Shown: positions 37,725 through 47,670 of the stretch, piece after piece
Numbering within the stretch: the stretch's first letter is position 1
Layout of the letters: the number at the start of each line of letters is the position of its first letter
Assembly: GCA_964392365.1 (NCBI GenBank)
Contig: CAYMPH010000004.1
Coordinates: 134,678 to 198,677, forward strand
Reading direction: 5' to 3'
DNA length: 64,000 nucleotides
Origin: an uncultured Leptospirales bacterium
GTDB taxonomy: Bacteria > Spirochaetota > UBA4802 > UBA5550
The notes under the pieces: model-generated
What the model was told of the DNA's origin: nothing
Seen by the model: only the letters and a program-made list of their open reading frames with translations
Database searches by the model: none
Translations under genes and position numbers: made by a program

Positions 37725-39551
37725 TTATTTCATCATAACAATCAGTTCATCCACGATCGAGCTGAAATGTTTAAGAGCTTCATTTACAGGGTCCGGTGAA
37801 CGCATATCAACGCCTGCATCAGCAAGTTCGTCTATAGGAAACTTGCTGCCGCCGAGTTTAAGAAAATTCAGGTACTTATCTCTTGCTGCATTTCCCTTAG
37901 AGAGAACTTTTTCAGCAAGTGAAATCGCAGCTGAAATTCCTGTGGCATATTTATAAACATAAAATGCTGAATAAAAATGCGGAATCCTTAAACATTCAAG
38001 AATCAATTCCTCATCAATAATCATTGCGCTGCCGAAATAATCTTTTAACAGCGAACTGTAAATTTCTGTAAGGGTCTCGAGCGTAAGAGGATTATTCTTT
38101 TCTGCCCGGGAATGAATAGCAAGTTCAAATTCAGCAAACATTGTCTGGCGATAAAGAGTTCCCCTTATGTTATCAATCTCCCGGTTGAGAATATAAGCTT
38201 TCATGCGGGAATCATCCCTGTACTTATCCAGCAGATATTTTGAAAGTAAAGTCTCGTTAAATGTTGAGGCAACTTCAGCTACGAATATTGTATAGTCATG
38301 GCTGATATACGGCTGATTCTTTTTAGAATAATATGAATGCATGGAATGTCCTGCTTCGTGAATAAGCGTATAAAGGCTGTTGATATTATTCTCGTCATAG
38401 TTCATCAATATATATGGAGGAGAGTCATAGCATCCGGATGAATATGCGCCGCTGCGCTTTCCTTTGTTCTCAAATCTGTCAACCCAGCCGCTATCAAAAC
38501 CTTTTCGGAGTATTGCAGTGTATTCCTCGCCAAGGGGAGCAAGGGACTTTACGCATACATCAGCTGCTTCTTCATAAGACATTTTAAATTTAATATCATC
38601 AACAAGCGGAACATAGGTATCGTATATATGAAGCGAATCCACTCCTAGCTTTGTTTTCCTGAACTCAAGATATTTGAATAATGCAGGCAGATTTTCCCTT
38701 ACAGCTGTAATGAGATTATCGTAGACCGAATCCGGTACATTATCTCCGAATAACGCTGAACTTCTGCATGTATCAAACTTTCTTGCTTTTGAATAAAATA
38801 AATCTTTTTTTACTGATGATGATAAAGCTGATGCAATTGTATTTTTATGATCATTATACTCAGCGTAATACTGAAGAAAGGCATTCTTCCTTACATCTCT
38901 ATTCCGGTTTATAAGGAATGAACTGAAATTCCCGTGACTGAGTTCCATCTCAGCTCCTGTATCATCCGCAAGAGTTCCGAATTTCAGGTCCACATTATCA
39001 AGCTGACCGAAAATCTGCGAAGGTGCTCCGGATATTTCACCCATCATAGCCATGATCTGCTCGGTTTCCTCCCCGCGCGTGTGAGGCTTGAATCTGATTA
39101 TTTTTTCAATATCAAACCTGTAATCTTTCATGGATTCATCTTTCATAAATCCATGAATTACATCATCCGGTATGGATTGAATTTCAGGAGTCATAAATGA
39201 AAGAGCTTCAGAAATTCTCGTATAAAGATTTATTGCTTTCTGATGAATACCAAGATACTGCTGATTTGATTTATCCTCATCGCTTTTTAAATGAGAGTAT
39301 GTGTATAGACGTTCAATCTGTCTGGAAATGCTGAGATTAAAATCAAAAGCCTCCTTGAAAATCTTCAGGCTCTCATGAAGCCTGCCTCTGTATTTTTCAA
39401 TCTTAACAATATCTGTTTCAATTTCAGAAAATAAAATTTCCCATTCCGAATCAGTTTTAAACAGCGGAGAAAGGTCCCATTTATCTTTATCTGAAACTTC
39501 ACTTCTTACCGGAATTTTTTTTGCCATTAAATTTCTCCTGTTGATACACAA
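37725..39551 (-). CDS. pepF: oligoendopeptidase F (M3B family zinc metallopeptidase)
   Basis: 608 aa ORF with the HEAGHSMH zinc motif and M3 family architecture. Confidence 0.85.
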   Translation of the reverse strand: MCINRRNLMAKKIPVRSEVSDKDKWDLSPLFKTDSEWEILFSEIETDIVKIEKYRGRLHESLKIFKEAFDFNLSISRQIERLYTYSHLKSDEDKSNQQYLGIHQKAINLYTRISEALSFMTPEIQSIPDDVIHGFMKDESMKDYRFDIEKIIRFKPHTRGEETEQIMAMMGEISGAPSQIFGQLDNVDLKFGTLADDTGAEMELSHGNFSSFLINRNRDVRKNAFLQYYAEYNDHKNTIASALSSSVKKDLFYSKARKFDTCRSSALFGDNVPDSVYDNLITAVRENLPALFKYLEFRKTKLGVDSLHIYDTYVPLVDDIKFKMSYEEAADVCVKSLAPLGEEYTAILRKGFDSGWVDRFENKGKRSGAYSSGCYDSPPYILMNYDENNINSLYTLIHEAGHSMHSYYSKKNQPYISHDYTIFVAEVASTFNETLLSKYLLDKYRDDSRMKAYILNREIDNIRGTLYRQTMFAEFELAIHSRAEKNNPLTLETLTEIYSSLLKDYFGSAMIIDEELILECLRIPHFYSAFYVYKYATGISAAISLAEKVLSKGNAARDKYLNFLKLGGSKFPIDELADAGVDMRSPDPVNEALKHFSSIVDELIVMMK

Positions 39552-39593
39552 ATTCTAAAATAAACCATTTAACATTCACAATGTCATTTACTG

Positions 39594-39692
39594 TAACCCC
39601 CTAAATCCCACGGAGGGGGACTTTAATAATTATCAAGATATAAAATTTTCTGTTAAACTAATCTTCAGCCCCCTCCGGGGGATTGGGGGGTT
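39594..39692. repeat. GC-rich composite palindromic intergenic element, copy 2. A-box is aacccccTAAATcccacGGAgggggACT; B-box is agccccCTCCgggggaTTggggggtt.
   Basis: Same A-box/B-box architecture as 4199-4281. It lies between the purN stop (overlapping the TAA) and the pepF start. Confidence 0.7.
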
Positions 39693-40299
39693 ATGAAATA
39701 CTTACAATTCTTCCCTTAACCTTCAGTTTACCTTTGCAGAAAAGATTTATTGCATCAGGTAAAATTTTATGTTCCTCTTTAAGAATCCTAGCTGATAGAG
39801 TATCTTCATCATCTCCCGGCAGTACAGGAACAAAAGCCTGGAGTATGATTGGACCTGTGTCTGTTCCTTCATCAATAAAATGCGCTGTGCAGCCTGTTAT
39901 TTTTACTCCGTAATCAATAGCCTTTTGCTGGGAATTTATTCCCGGAAAAGCCGGAAGTAAAGCCGGATGAATATTTATAATTTTATTCTTATAATTTTTA
40001 ATAAAAACAGGAGACAGTATTCTCATGTAACCAGCTGCCACAACAAGATCAGTTCCGGCTTTCTTTAAAAGATACACTAATTCCCTGTCGAATTCCTCTC
40101 TGGATGGAAAACTTTTCGGATCAACAAAAAAAGATTTCATTCCGAAATCATTCGCAAGCTTCAGGGCTTTCGCGTCTTTTTTGTCTGATATTAATATACC
40201 AAGATTGGCTTTTATCCCGCCGGATTTTATTTTTTTTGCAGCAGCTTCAAAATTAGAACCCCTTCCTGATGCCAGGAAAGAAACAGTTTTATTCAGCAT
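39691..40299 (-). CDS. purN: phosphoribosylglycinamide formyltransferase
   Basis: 202 aa ORF with SGRGSN, INIHPALLPAFPG and the formyl-transferase fold. Confidence 0.85.
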   Translation of the reverse strand: MLNKTVSFLASGRGSNFEAAAKKIKSGGIKANLGILISDKKDAKALKLANDFGMKSFFVDPKSFPSREEFDRELVYLLKKAGTDLVVAAGYMRILSPVFIKNYKNKIINIHPALLPAFPGINSQQKAIDYGVKITGCTAHFIDEGTDTGPIILQAFVPVLPGDDEDTLSARILKEEHKILPDAINLFCKGKLKVKGRIVSIS

Positions 40300-40300
40300 A

Positions 40301-41293
40301 TCAGATCCTCATTTTAATTAATATATCATCCGCGGCTTTATCATCTGGAAATTTCTCAAACAGCAGATCATTTCCCTTATAAACATATATTTTATTATCA
40401 CCTTCAGCCTTACCGTATCTTAATACAACGGATGCCAGAAAATCAATTGCCTCATCATCAGCTTCACCGCTTACATATAATGCAGGACCTTTGAATTCAG
40501 GTGTTAAAAATATATCAGCTCTTGATCTGTATTTCTCAAGCTCGTTATTTTCATTTTCGTTTCTGCCGACTATGAATTTCATTTTTTTATTGTATCTGTA
40601 ATGCCTGCCGAGAGTAAGCAGAAACATATCAACTGAATCAGCATTTTCATTACGTTTCAGCAGATCCTTCACTCTTGCTGCAATGAAAGCATCAGTCAGA
40701 AAACATCCTCCGGCAGGTGATTGATAATCGGCAATACCGTATTTTTCTGCAAGTTCAATCTGTGCGCTTCTTCCTCTGCCGCTGAAATTCAGGAGTTTCT
40801 CCCTGTCAATCAGTCCTGAAGTTTCAGGAAGAGTCGGATCCAGAATTTTTGCTGAAAGAGGCCTCACGAGTCTTCCTTCAAGATCTGTTTCATTTATAAT
40901 GTGCTTCAGGGTATTTTTCATCTGGGACATGGGTCTCTGGCCCACCACCTCGCCTGTTGCAACAAAATCAGCTCCAATCTCATTCATGAGCAGGCTGGCC
41001 TGCTTTATAAAAAAAATTTTACAGTCAATGCACGGATTCATTCTTTTCCCGTATCCGTGTTTGGGTTTTCTGAGCATATTTATATAATCATTTTCGCATC
41101 TGTAATAAACAACTTTCAGTCCAATCTGGCGTGCAATTTTATCCGCATTTAAATTTTCAGATTTAAAATCCGGCGCTGTAAATGGAAGAAGACAGTGAAG
41201 CGCAGTAACTTCAACTCCCTGATCCATCAGAACCTTTGCAGCAAGAAGGCTGTCAAGTCCTCCGGAATATAATAAAACTGCTTTAGCAGGCAT
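40301..41293 (-). CDS. PP-loop (SGGxDS) ATP-pyrophosphatase family protein, tRNA-thiolation type (ThiI/MnmA/TtuA-like)
   Basis: 330 aa ORF with N-terminal LLYSGGLDSLLAA and a CIDCK cysteine pair. The exact subfamily cannot be resolved by eye. Confidence 0.5.
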   Translation of the reverse strand: MPAKAVLLYSGGLDSLLAAKVLMDQGVEVTALHCLLPFTAPDFKSENLNADKIARQIGLKVVYYRCENDYINMLRKPKHGYGKRMNPCIDCKIFFIKQASLLMNEIGADFVATGEVVGQRPMSQMKNTLKHIINETDLEGRLVRPLSAKILDPTLPETSGLIDREKLLNFSGRGRSAQIELAEKYGIADYQSPAGGCFLTDAFIAARVKDLLKRNENADSVDMFLLTLGRHYRYNKKMKFIVGRNENENNELEKYRSRADIFLTPEFKGPALYVSGEADDEAIDFLASVVLRYGKAEGDNKIYVYKGNDLLFEKFPDDKAADDILIKMRI

Positions 41294-42513
41294 TATATTT
41301 CACCATGTTCAGTAAGCTGTATAATGATCTTATCACCTTTTTTCAATATTTCATTCTCTTCAGGAAAGATCATAAGACAGTTTGCCTCGCTCATTGATTT
41401 TAAAATTCCGGAACCCTGATTGCCTGTAGTTTTAACATAGAACATCCCGTCTTTAATTGAAAAAACTCCGCGCATGAAATGCCTTCTGCCTGCTTTCTTT
41501 TTAATATCTTCTTCAAGAATTGCGAATACTTCCGGCTTTGAAAATTTTATTGCACCTGACATTTTAAAAAGAGCAGGCCTTACAAATTGGGAAAAAGATA
41601 CCATAGCAGAAACAGGATTTCCCGGAAGACCGAAAAATAACGACGCACCCTTTGTTCCAAAAGCAAGAGGCTTGCCTGGTTTCATTTTAATTGAATCAAT
41701 TTTAATTTCCACGCCGAGTTCCGACATGATCTCCCTGACATAGTCGTACTTGCCCATTGAAACTCCGCCTGTGGTTATCACAATATCAGACCCAAGTGCT
41801 TTTGTGAAAACTTTCCGTGCAGCGTCCTTATCATCTCTTACAATGCCGAGATAAACAGCCGGCAGATTATTTTTTTTAAGCTCTGCTAAAATCGAATACG
41901 CATTGCTGTTTCTGATCTGACCCGGTTTTATAACATCTCCCACTTCAGCAATTTCATCGCCTGTTGATATAAGAGATATCGACGGCAATCTGAATACTTC
42001 TACTTCAGTTAAATTCAAAGAAGCAAGTATTCCGATATCAGCAGATTTCAGGATTCTCCCTTTTAAAAAAACTGTATCTCCTGACTTAACATCCTCTCCT
42101 GCGAGCCGTATGTTTTCGCCTTTTTTAACTTTTCTGAAAATTTTTACAACATCGCCCGCTTCTTCTGTATCCTCAAACTGAACAACACTGTCCGCTCCCG
42201 CGGGAACAGGAGCACCTGTCATTATTCTTACAGCTTTGCCTTTTACAACAATTGTGTTTTCAAAATCTCCGCCTGCCTGTATCTCGCCTGTTATCGGCAG
42301 TACAGAAGGGGAAGTTTTCGATGCGTTTTCAGTATCGCAAGCTATAATTGCGTATCCGTCCATAGCAGAATTATCCAGAGGCGGAATATTAATATCTGAA
42401 ATAATATCTTTATATAAAACCCTGCCTCCTGCCTGCAGTATTTCAACTTTTCCGCCATCAAGCTCCCTGACTGAATCAAGTATTATTTCAAGAGCTTTTT
42501 CTACGCTTATCAT
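41293..42513 (-). CDS. moeA: molybdopterin molybdenum/tungsten transferase
   Basis: 406 aa ORF with the MoeA domain pattern (GDTVFLKGRIL...ITTGGVSMGKYDYV). Confidence 0.8.
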   Translation of the reverse strand: MISVEKALEIILDSVRELDGGKVEILQAGGRVLYKDIISDINIPPLDNSAMDGYAIIACDTENASKTSPSVLPITGEIQAGGDFENTIVVKGKAVRIMTGAPVPAGADSVVQFEDTEEAGDVVKIFRKVKKGENIRLAGEDVKSGDTVFLKGRILKSADIGILASLNLTEVEVFRLPSISLISTGDEIAEVGDVIKPGQIRNSNAYSILAELKKNNLPAVYLGIVRDDKDAARKVFTKALGSDIVITTGGVSMGKYDYVREIMSELGVEIKIDSIKMKPGKPLAFGTKGASLFFGLPGNPVSAMVSFSQFVRPALFKMSGAIKFSKPEVFAILEEDIKKKAGRRHFMRGVFSIKDGMFYVKTTGNQGSGILKSMSEANCLMIFPEENEILKKGDKIIIQLTEHGEI

Positions 42514-43748
42514 ATATTATTTTCCATAAAATCAGCAATACCGATTGCTATTCCTTTTTTGGATGAAAGTTTATACGGTTCCATATTCTTTGAAACAAGC
42601 CAGGCAACCTGATCGCCGTTTACTTCAGTTTCCTCGCCCCTGTTTGCAATAACAGCAATGTTTCCTTTTTCGAGCCTGTCTTTTGCAATTGAAATCAGCT
42701 CATCGTGGCTGATCCTTTCCTGATATTTAAAAGAAAGCATTTTGAGTTTCGGAAATTTTTCCCTTACCTCATCAATTACCTTCACTGTCGGAACAAGATC
42801 AATCGATTTAAGAACTCCGCTCGGAATTTTCCCTTCAGCTACTTTCTCAGGCATGTAATCTGCCACTGCAGCAGAAAAAATTCCAAATGCAAATTTTTTA
42901 TCTGCAAGAATACTATTCACCTGCGTCCTGTACTCATCGTATGATTTAACATTTTTTTTATTCAGATATGAAGGCGGATTATATGCTGTGCCTCCGTGTA
43001 TAAGAGTAACATCCGCTCCTCTCATGAATAATTCAGCTGCGATTTCAGAACCGAGCCTGCCTGTAAATTTATTTGTAATTCTGCGCGCATTATCAATAGG
43101 AACAGGAGTAGGACCTCCTGTAACAAGAACTTTAATTCCTTTAAGTTTGGATTTGCTTGATGCTCTGCACACTTCTGCAACAAGAGTTTCTTCAGACGGA
43201 ATGTTATGCTTGCCGTAGTCTTCTCTTGGCGGAATAATTCTCACACCCATGGAATGAAGTTTTTTCAGGGACTCAGTTAATATGGAATTATGTAGAGTGC
43301 CGTGCATTGTCGGAGCCACAAGAACGCTGGCATCACCCCTCTCCATTCTGCCGAGAGCTGAACCGAGCGTGGTTGTTAAAGCATTATCAGCAATTCCGCA
43401 CGCCATTTTATTTATTGTATTATAAGTTGCCGGAGCCACAAGAAATATATCAAAAGGATTAGCATCGCTGATATGTTCTGCAGCTGAAGTGAGTCTGGTA
43501 ATTACAGAATTTCCGCTGCACCACTCAAGTGCATCAACTGTAGTATATCTCAATGCCTCATCTGAAGCAAAAACAGCAACATCAGCACATTGCCTTCGCA
43601 GAGCTCTCACAATAAACGGAGCCTTCATTGCTGCAATGCCGCCGGTTATCATCAGTGCAACTCTTTTGCCTTTTAAATGAGTTCCATCAACAGTAACATC
43701 ATGATCGCCCATTCCGCTTGATACAGGCGGAGAAAAATCCCAGTCCAT
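42510..43748 (-). CDS. coaBC: bifunctional phosphopantothenoylcysteine decarboxylase / phosphopantothenate-cysteine ligase
   Basis: 412 aa ORF with an N-terminal flavoprotein domain (KRVALMITGGIAAMKAPFIVRAL) and a C-terminal CoaB domain (VLVTGGPTPVPID). Confidence 0.85.
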   Translation of the reverse strand: MDWDFSPPVSSGMGDHDVTVDGTHLKGKRVALMITGGIAAMKAPFIVRALRRQCADVAVFASDEALRYTTVDALEWCSGNSVITRLTSAAEHISDANPFDIFLVAPATYNTINKMACGIADNALTTTLGSALGRMERGDASVLVAPTMHGTLHNSILTESLKKLHSMGVRIIPPREDYGKHNIPSEETLVAEVCRASSKSKLKGIKVLVTGGPTPVPIDNARRITNKFTGRLGSEIAAELFMRGADVTLIHGGTAYNPPSYLNKKNVKSYDEYRTQVNSILADKKFAFGIFSAAVADYMPEKVAEGKIPSGVLKSIDLVPTVKVIDEVREKFPKLKMLSFKYQERISHDELISIAKDRLEKGNIAVIANRGEETEVNGDQVAWLVSKNMEPYKLSSKKGIAIGIADFMENNI

Positions 43749-43966
43749 AAGGCCTCCAGATTTTTTTATATTCCGTATTTTTAAATTATATTTAAAAATT
43801 GCAACATAGAAATAAAAATATCAATCATAAAATTTTATTCCTTCTCATTTAAAACAACCATGTGTAAGAACAGGGGATAAGGAGATTGTAGAGATAGGGT
43901 GATAAAGAAATTTTTCAATCGCCTCATCTGTTATATCCCCATATTTCCTATTATCTTTTTCTTTCT

Positions 43967-45241
43967 TTATGCATTTATAATTTTCTTTTTATCCACCATA
44001 AGAGCTGTTATAAAACTGAGAACTGCAACAATTGATGCAGCAAAAAAAACAGCTTCGTAACCGTATGAAATCCATAACATTCCGCCAAAAGCGGGTATAG
44101 TCATTGATACAACATGATCCATAGTTATGCCTGTAGATAAAGTAGCCGGGATATCGCTTTTACTTAAAGCTATTCGGTTAAGGTAGGTTGTCCTGGCAAT
44201 TCTTGTTGCGAACATAAGATTATCTGTAATAAATAAAAAATATAAAAGATACAGATTTTTCGAAAGAGCGAATCCCGCACATACACCTAAAAGTATGACA
44301 GAATCAGCCATAAACATCTTTCTTTCTCCGATAATATCTGTAAGAGCTCCAAATGCCTGCCTGAAAACCACACCTGCAACTGACGATATTAAAATCAGAA
44401 TAGCCATTGTTTCAGGTTTAGTTCCGAATACAGTTACAAAAACCCATGGCGCAAAAGTGAGAAATATCTGTTTTCTCGCACCGAATAAAATATTCAGAAT
44501 ATAAAATAATTTATATTCCGCTTTTATAACAAATCTTTTCTTACCGTTTGCTGAATCTTTTGCAACCTTTACCTTGCTGAAAGCAAATGCCGCTCCTATT
44601 GATGCAACAGCTGCAAAAGCAAAAAGACCGGGATAAATAGCTCCTGTAAATATATTGCCGTAAACCCAGACTGCTCCGGCACCGAAAATCATTGCAAGAT
44701 TTCTAGAGCCGCTGATCTGACCAAGCCTTTTGCCCTGCTTGCCGTCAGTAGCCAGATGCAGCCCCATAACGCTTTCAACCGGCATGAATAGATGATCAGA
44801 CAAACTCCAGGTCATCATCCAGAAAGTCATCAGGTAAATATTGGGCGACATAAAACCGAGACCCAGAACCCCTGCAGCAGAAATTACTCCAACCATTATA
44901 GCCCAGGCTCTGATTGAATATGAAGAAAGTATGCCGGTAACTGCAATAAGCATGAATCCCGGCAATTCGCGCGGAAATTCAAGAAATCCCCTTTCTGTTG
45001 CAGAAAGCCTGAATATATCATTCAGATAATTATTAAAGGTTGTGAGCAGAATTCCATTGTTGATTCCAAACAGGAAAATACCAATTAGGAAAAAACGTAA
45101 ATTTATATCCGCGGAGTTCCATCGATCCAGAAGTTTCATTTTTTTATAGCCTGTTTTTTTTAAGATAGAAAGGATAAAAAAATTTAAACCTGATACAGTC
45201 AAGGAGAAATCAAAATTCATTAAAATTGCATGATGGAACAC
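43967..45241 (-). CDS. MFS-family transporter
   Basis: 424 aa ORF with about 12 TM helices. The start is uncertain: the track codon at 45241 is GTG, and in-frame ATGs (MNFDF..., MKLLDRW...) lie downstream. Confidence 0.65.
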   Translation of the reverse strand: MFHHAILMNFDFSLTVSGLNFFILSILKKTGYKKMKLLDRWNSADINLRFFLIGIFLFGINNGILLTTFNNYLNDIFRLSATERGFLEFPRELPGFMLIAVTGILSSYSIRAWAIMVGVISAAGVLGLGFMSPNIYLMTFWMMTWSLSDHLFMPVESVMGLHLATDGKQGKRLGQISGSRNLAMIFGAGAVWVYGNIFTGAIYPGLFAFAAVASIGAAFAFSKVKVAKDSANGKKRFVIKAEYKLFYILNILFGARKQIFLTFAPWVFVTVFGTKPETMAILILISSVAGVVFRQAFGALTDIIGERKMFMADSVILLGVCAGFALSKNLYLLYFLFITDNLMFATRIARTTYLNRIALSKSDIPATLSTGITMDHVVSMTIPAFGGMLWISYGYEAVFFAASIVAVLSFITALMVDKKKIINA

Positions 45242-45255
45242 GGATGATACGGATA
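45238..45255. promoter_or_regulatory. inverted 9-mers AACACGGAT / GATACGGAT (reverse orientation of the downstream iterons)
   Basis: These are the reverse complement of the ATCCGTGTT repeat unit. They lie at or just upstream of the MFS start region. Confidence 0.4.
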
Positions 45256-45312
45256 AAGGGAAAAAAAGTCTGTCTTTCAGAAGTACAAGCGAATTGTTTG
45301 AATCTCATAAAA

Positions 45313-45348
45313 ATCCGTGTTATCCGTGTTATCTGTGTCATCCGTGTT
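45313..45348. repeat. four tandem 9-bp iterons (ATCCGTGTT ATCCGTGTT ATCTGTGTC ATCCGTGTT)
   Basis: Direct tandem array in the divergent intergenic region between the MFS gene and the 45449 gene. Candidate regulator-binding array. Confidence 0.6.
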
Positions 45349-45448
45349 CTATTTACTTTTTTTCTTATACTAAAAGTTCAAAAAAAATTAATGGAAATTC
45401 ACTTAAAAATCCGATAATAAGACATAACCATGTTTACAAAAGAAAATT

Positions 45449-46453
45449 ATGAAAAATTATATTAAAATATTAATACTGGTGATATTTGCGGCTGTTACTT
45501 TAAAAGCTGAAACTGAACCATCCCTGTTTAAGGTTTATCTGAAAATGGATAAACTTAAATTTCAGGAATCGGAAGACATTATTCTTCATATAAATATTAA
45601 AAATCTCTCAGGCGAGAGAAATTCATTTACAGCTTATGACAGAGACGATTTCAGGGGAATGAGCTACACAACTTTTCAGCCTGTTGTTTATGATATGAGC
45701 GGCCGTATGGCTGAACTTATTGTTCCTTATAAAATGCAGAATAAGTCAATAGAGCAGATTCTGCCTGATCTGCTTGATAGAAATATTGAACTAGGTCCAA
45801 ATGAAACTTTCACACACACTGTAAATCTTGCAAAATTTTTCAAATTGAGTCCGGGAATTAAATACAGGGTTCGCGGATTATTTTATCCTGATATTAAAAG
45901 CGAACTCATGATTAAAGGCGACAATGAGCTGATATTTAAATTAGATAATGACAGATCATTCGTTAACATTAGAAGCGGAATGGTTGAAAAAACTGAAGAC
46001 AGAAGCTATTCTCGGGAAATCGCCCCATCCGAAATAATAACGCTGGCATTGAATGCTGAAAAAAACAATGACTGGGAAAGGCTCAGAAAATATATATTTA
46101 TTGAAAAACTCATAAGCTCATATTCGCGCTATGTAAGAATATATGATCAGTCCGACAGTGCAGGCAGGAAAGAAATTGAGGACGATTTCATTAAATTTTT
46201 ATCCAGGGACAGGCACGATTATATAGTTGACTTCAAGATAATTAAAGAATTTAAAGATGATAAGAACAACAAGGCTTTTGTTGAAGCTCTTGTTGAAAGA
46301 TCCGGATATAAAAAAGCTGACAGATTCAAGTATATCTATACACTTGAAAAAAAAGAATTTACTGAAAAATACACCAATAAAAAAAGCTATGAGCAGAATC
46401 TCTGGCTTATTACCAATGTCGATGCAGTTATAATGAAAGGCGGAACAAAATGA
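45449..46453 (+). CDS. hypothetical secreted protein (signal peptide)
   Basis: 334 aa ORF. The N-terminal MKNYIKILILVIFAAVTLKA is a signal peptide. No recognisable domain. Overlaps the fliM start by 4 nt. Confidence 0.5.
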   Translation: MKNYIKILILVIFAAVTLKAETEPSLFKVYLKMDKLKFQESEDIILHINIKNLSGERNSFTAYDRDDFRGMSYTTFQPVVYDMSGRMAELIVPYKMQNKSIEQILPDLLDRNIELGPNETFTHTVNLAKFFKLSPGIKYRVRGLFYPDIKSELMIKGDNELIFKLDNDRSFVNIRSGMVEKTEDRSYSREIAPSEIITLALNAEKNNDWERLRKYIFIEKLISSYSRYVRIYDQSDSAGRKEIEDDFIKFLSRDRHDYIVDFKIIKEFKDDKNNKAFVEALVERSGYKKADRFKYIYTLEKKEFTEKYTNKKSYEQNLWLITNVDAVIMKGGTK

Positions 46454-47475
46454 CAGAGATATTATCCCAGGATGAAATAGATGCCCTGTTGACGGCCATT
46501 TCCACCGGCGAGGTAGACACGTCGGAGTATTCCCAGGCCAAAGAGCAGAAAAAAGTTAAGATATACGACTTCCGACGTCCGGATAAATTTTCCAAAGACC
46601 ACATCCGTACACTGCAGATGATGCACGAAACATTCGCACGTTTAACAACAACTGCTCTTTCAGCTCAGCTCCGTGCTCTTGTGCATGTTCACGTAGCATC
46701 AGTTGACCAGCTGACATACGAGGAATTCATACGTTCTATTCCGAACCCTACAACACTTGCTGTTATAAATATGGATCCTCTAAAGGGATCCGCAGTACTT
46801 GAAATTGACCCATCCATCACATTTACTATTATTGACAAACTTTTCGGAGGTATGGGCGAGCCTGTTAAAATGAGCCGTGAGTTAACTGATATAGAACTTT
46901 CAGTTATGGAAGGTATCATAGTAAGGATACTCGGCAATCTCCGTGAAGCCTGGTCCAATGTAATTGACCTGAGACCAAGACTTGGAAACATAGAAACCAA
47001 TCCGCAGTTCGCTCAGATAGTTCCGCCGAATGACATGGTGGTACTAATAACGCTCGAAACCAAAGTCGGCGAAGTTGAGGGAATGACAAACCTTTGTATC
47101 CCGTATATTTCCATTGAGCCTGTAATTTCAAAACTATCCGCTCAGTATATGTACTCGAGTATCAGGAAAGGCGCTACTGACGAAAACCTTTCCATTATTC
47201 AAAGCAGACTTGAATCCGTAACTCTTCCTGTTGTGGCAGAAATAGGTGAAGCAAAAATAAGTTTCCGCGAAGTGCTTTCGCTTCTGCCTGGAGACGTTAT
47301 AAAACTCCCTGACACAAAAATCGGATCTGATATGGTATTAAAAGTCGGCGGAAGAAAAAAATTCAAATGCAGACCCGGTCTTGTATCTTCAAGGATTGCA
47401 GTTAAAATCGGAGATAAAATTGAAGAAGTTCCGGATGAGCTGCTCACAACAAAACGAAATGATGATGATCTGTAG
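46450..47475 (+). CDS. fliM: flagellar motor switch protein FliM
   Basis: 341 aa ORF with the N-terminal CheY-P binding motif LSQDEIDALL, the YDFRRP signature, and a C-terminal FliN/SpoA-like domain. Confidence 0.85.
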   Translation: MTEILSQDEIDALLTAISTGEVDTSEYSQAKEQKKVKIYDFRRPDKFSKDHIRTLQMMHETFARLTTTALSAQLRALVHVHVASVDQLTYEEFIRSIPNPTTLAVINMDPLKGSAVLEIDPSITFTIIDKLFGGMGEPVKMSRELTDIELSVMEGIIVRILGNLREAWSNVIDLRPRLGNIETNPQFAQIVPPNDMVVLITLETKVGEVEGMTNLCIPYISIEPVISKLSAQYMYSSIRKGATDENLSIIQSRLESVTLPVVAEIGEAKISFREVLSLLPGDVIKLPDTKIGSDMVLKVGGRKKFKCRPGLVSSRIAVKIGDKIEEVPDELLTTKRNDDDL

Positions 47476-47552
47476 AATTTTCTTCTTCTTTTTAATAAAA
47501 TGCATTAAGAAAACAAAATGTTTTTCACAATTCATTGTCCTACATTCGACAT

Positions 47553-47633
47553 CCTGCAGCATTTAGGAAGCTGGAAGCTGCTATATTTCTTAACTCTCCG
47601 CATGCTAACAGAAAATGTAATTAATTTTTAATC
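47553..47633. repeat. AT-rich intergenic repeat family, copy A (TTTAGGAAG ... TTCTTAACTCTCCGCATGCTAACAGAAAATGTAATTAATTTTTA)
   Basis: Shares conserved blocks with copies at 18936, 49220 and 50618. Lies in the convergent fliM / cyclase spacer. Confidence 0.5.
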
Positions 47634-47670
47634 TTTAAGAATAAAAATTTTCATGTTCCGCATGGAATGG

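Noticed and set aside
37347-37956. 71-aa and 106-aa plus-strand ORFs (37347-37562, 37636-37956)
   Set aside because: The first lies inside the structured non-coding element with no RBS and a basic low-complexity product. The second is antisense to pepF.
45313-45348. CRISPR array
   Set aside because: Only four 9-bp units with no spacers of unique sequence. No cas genes in the window.
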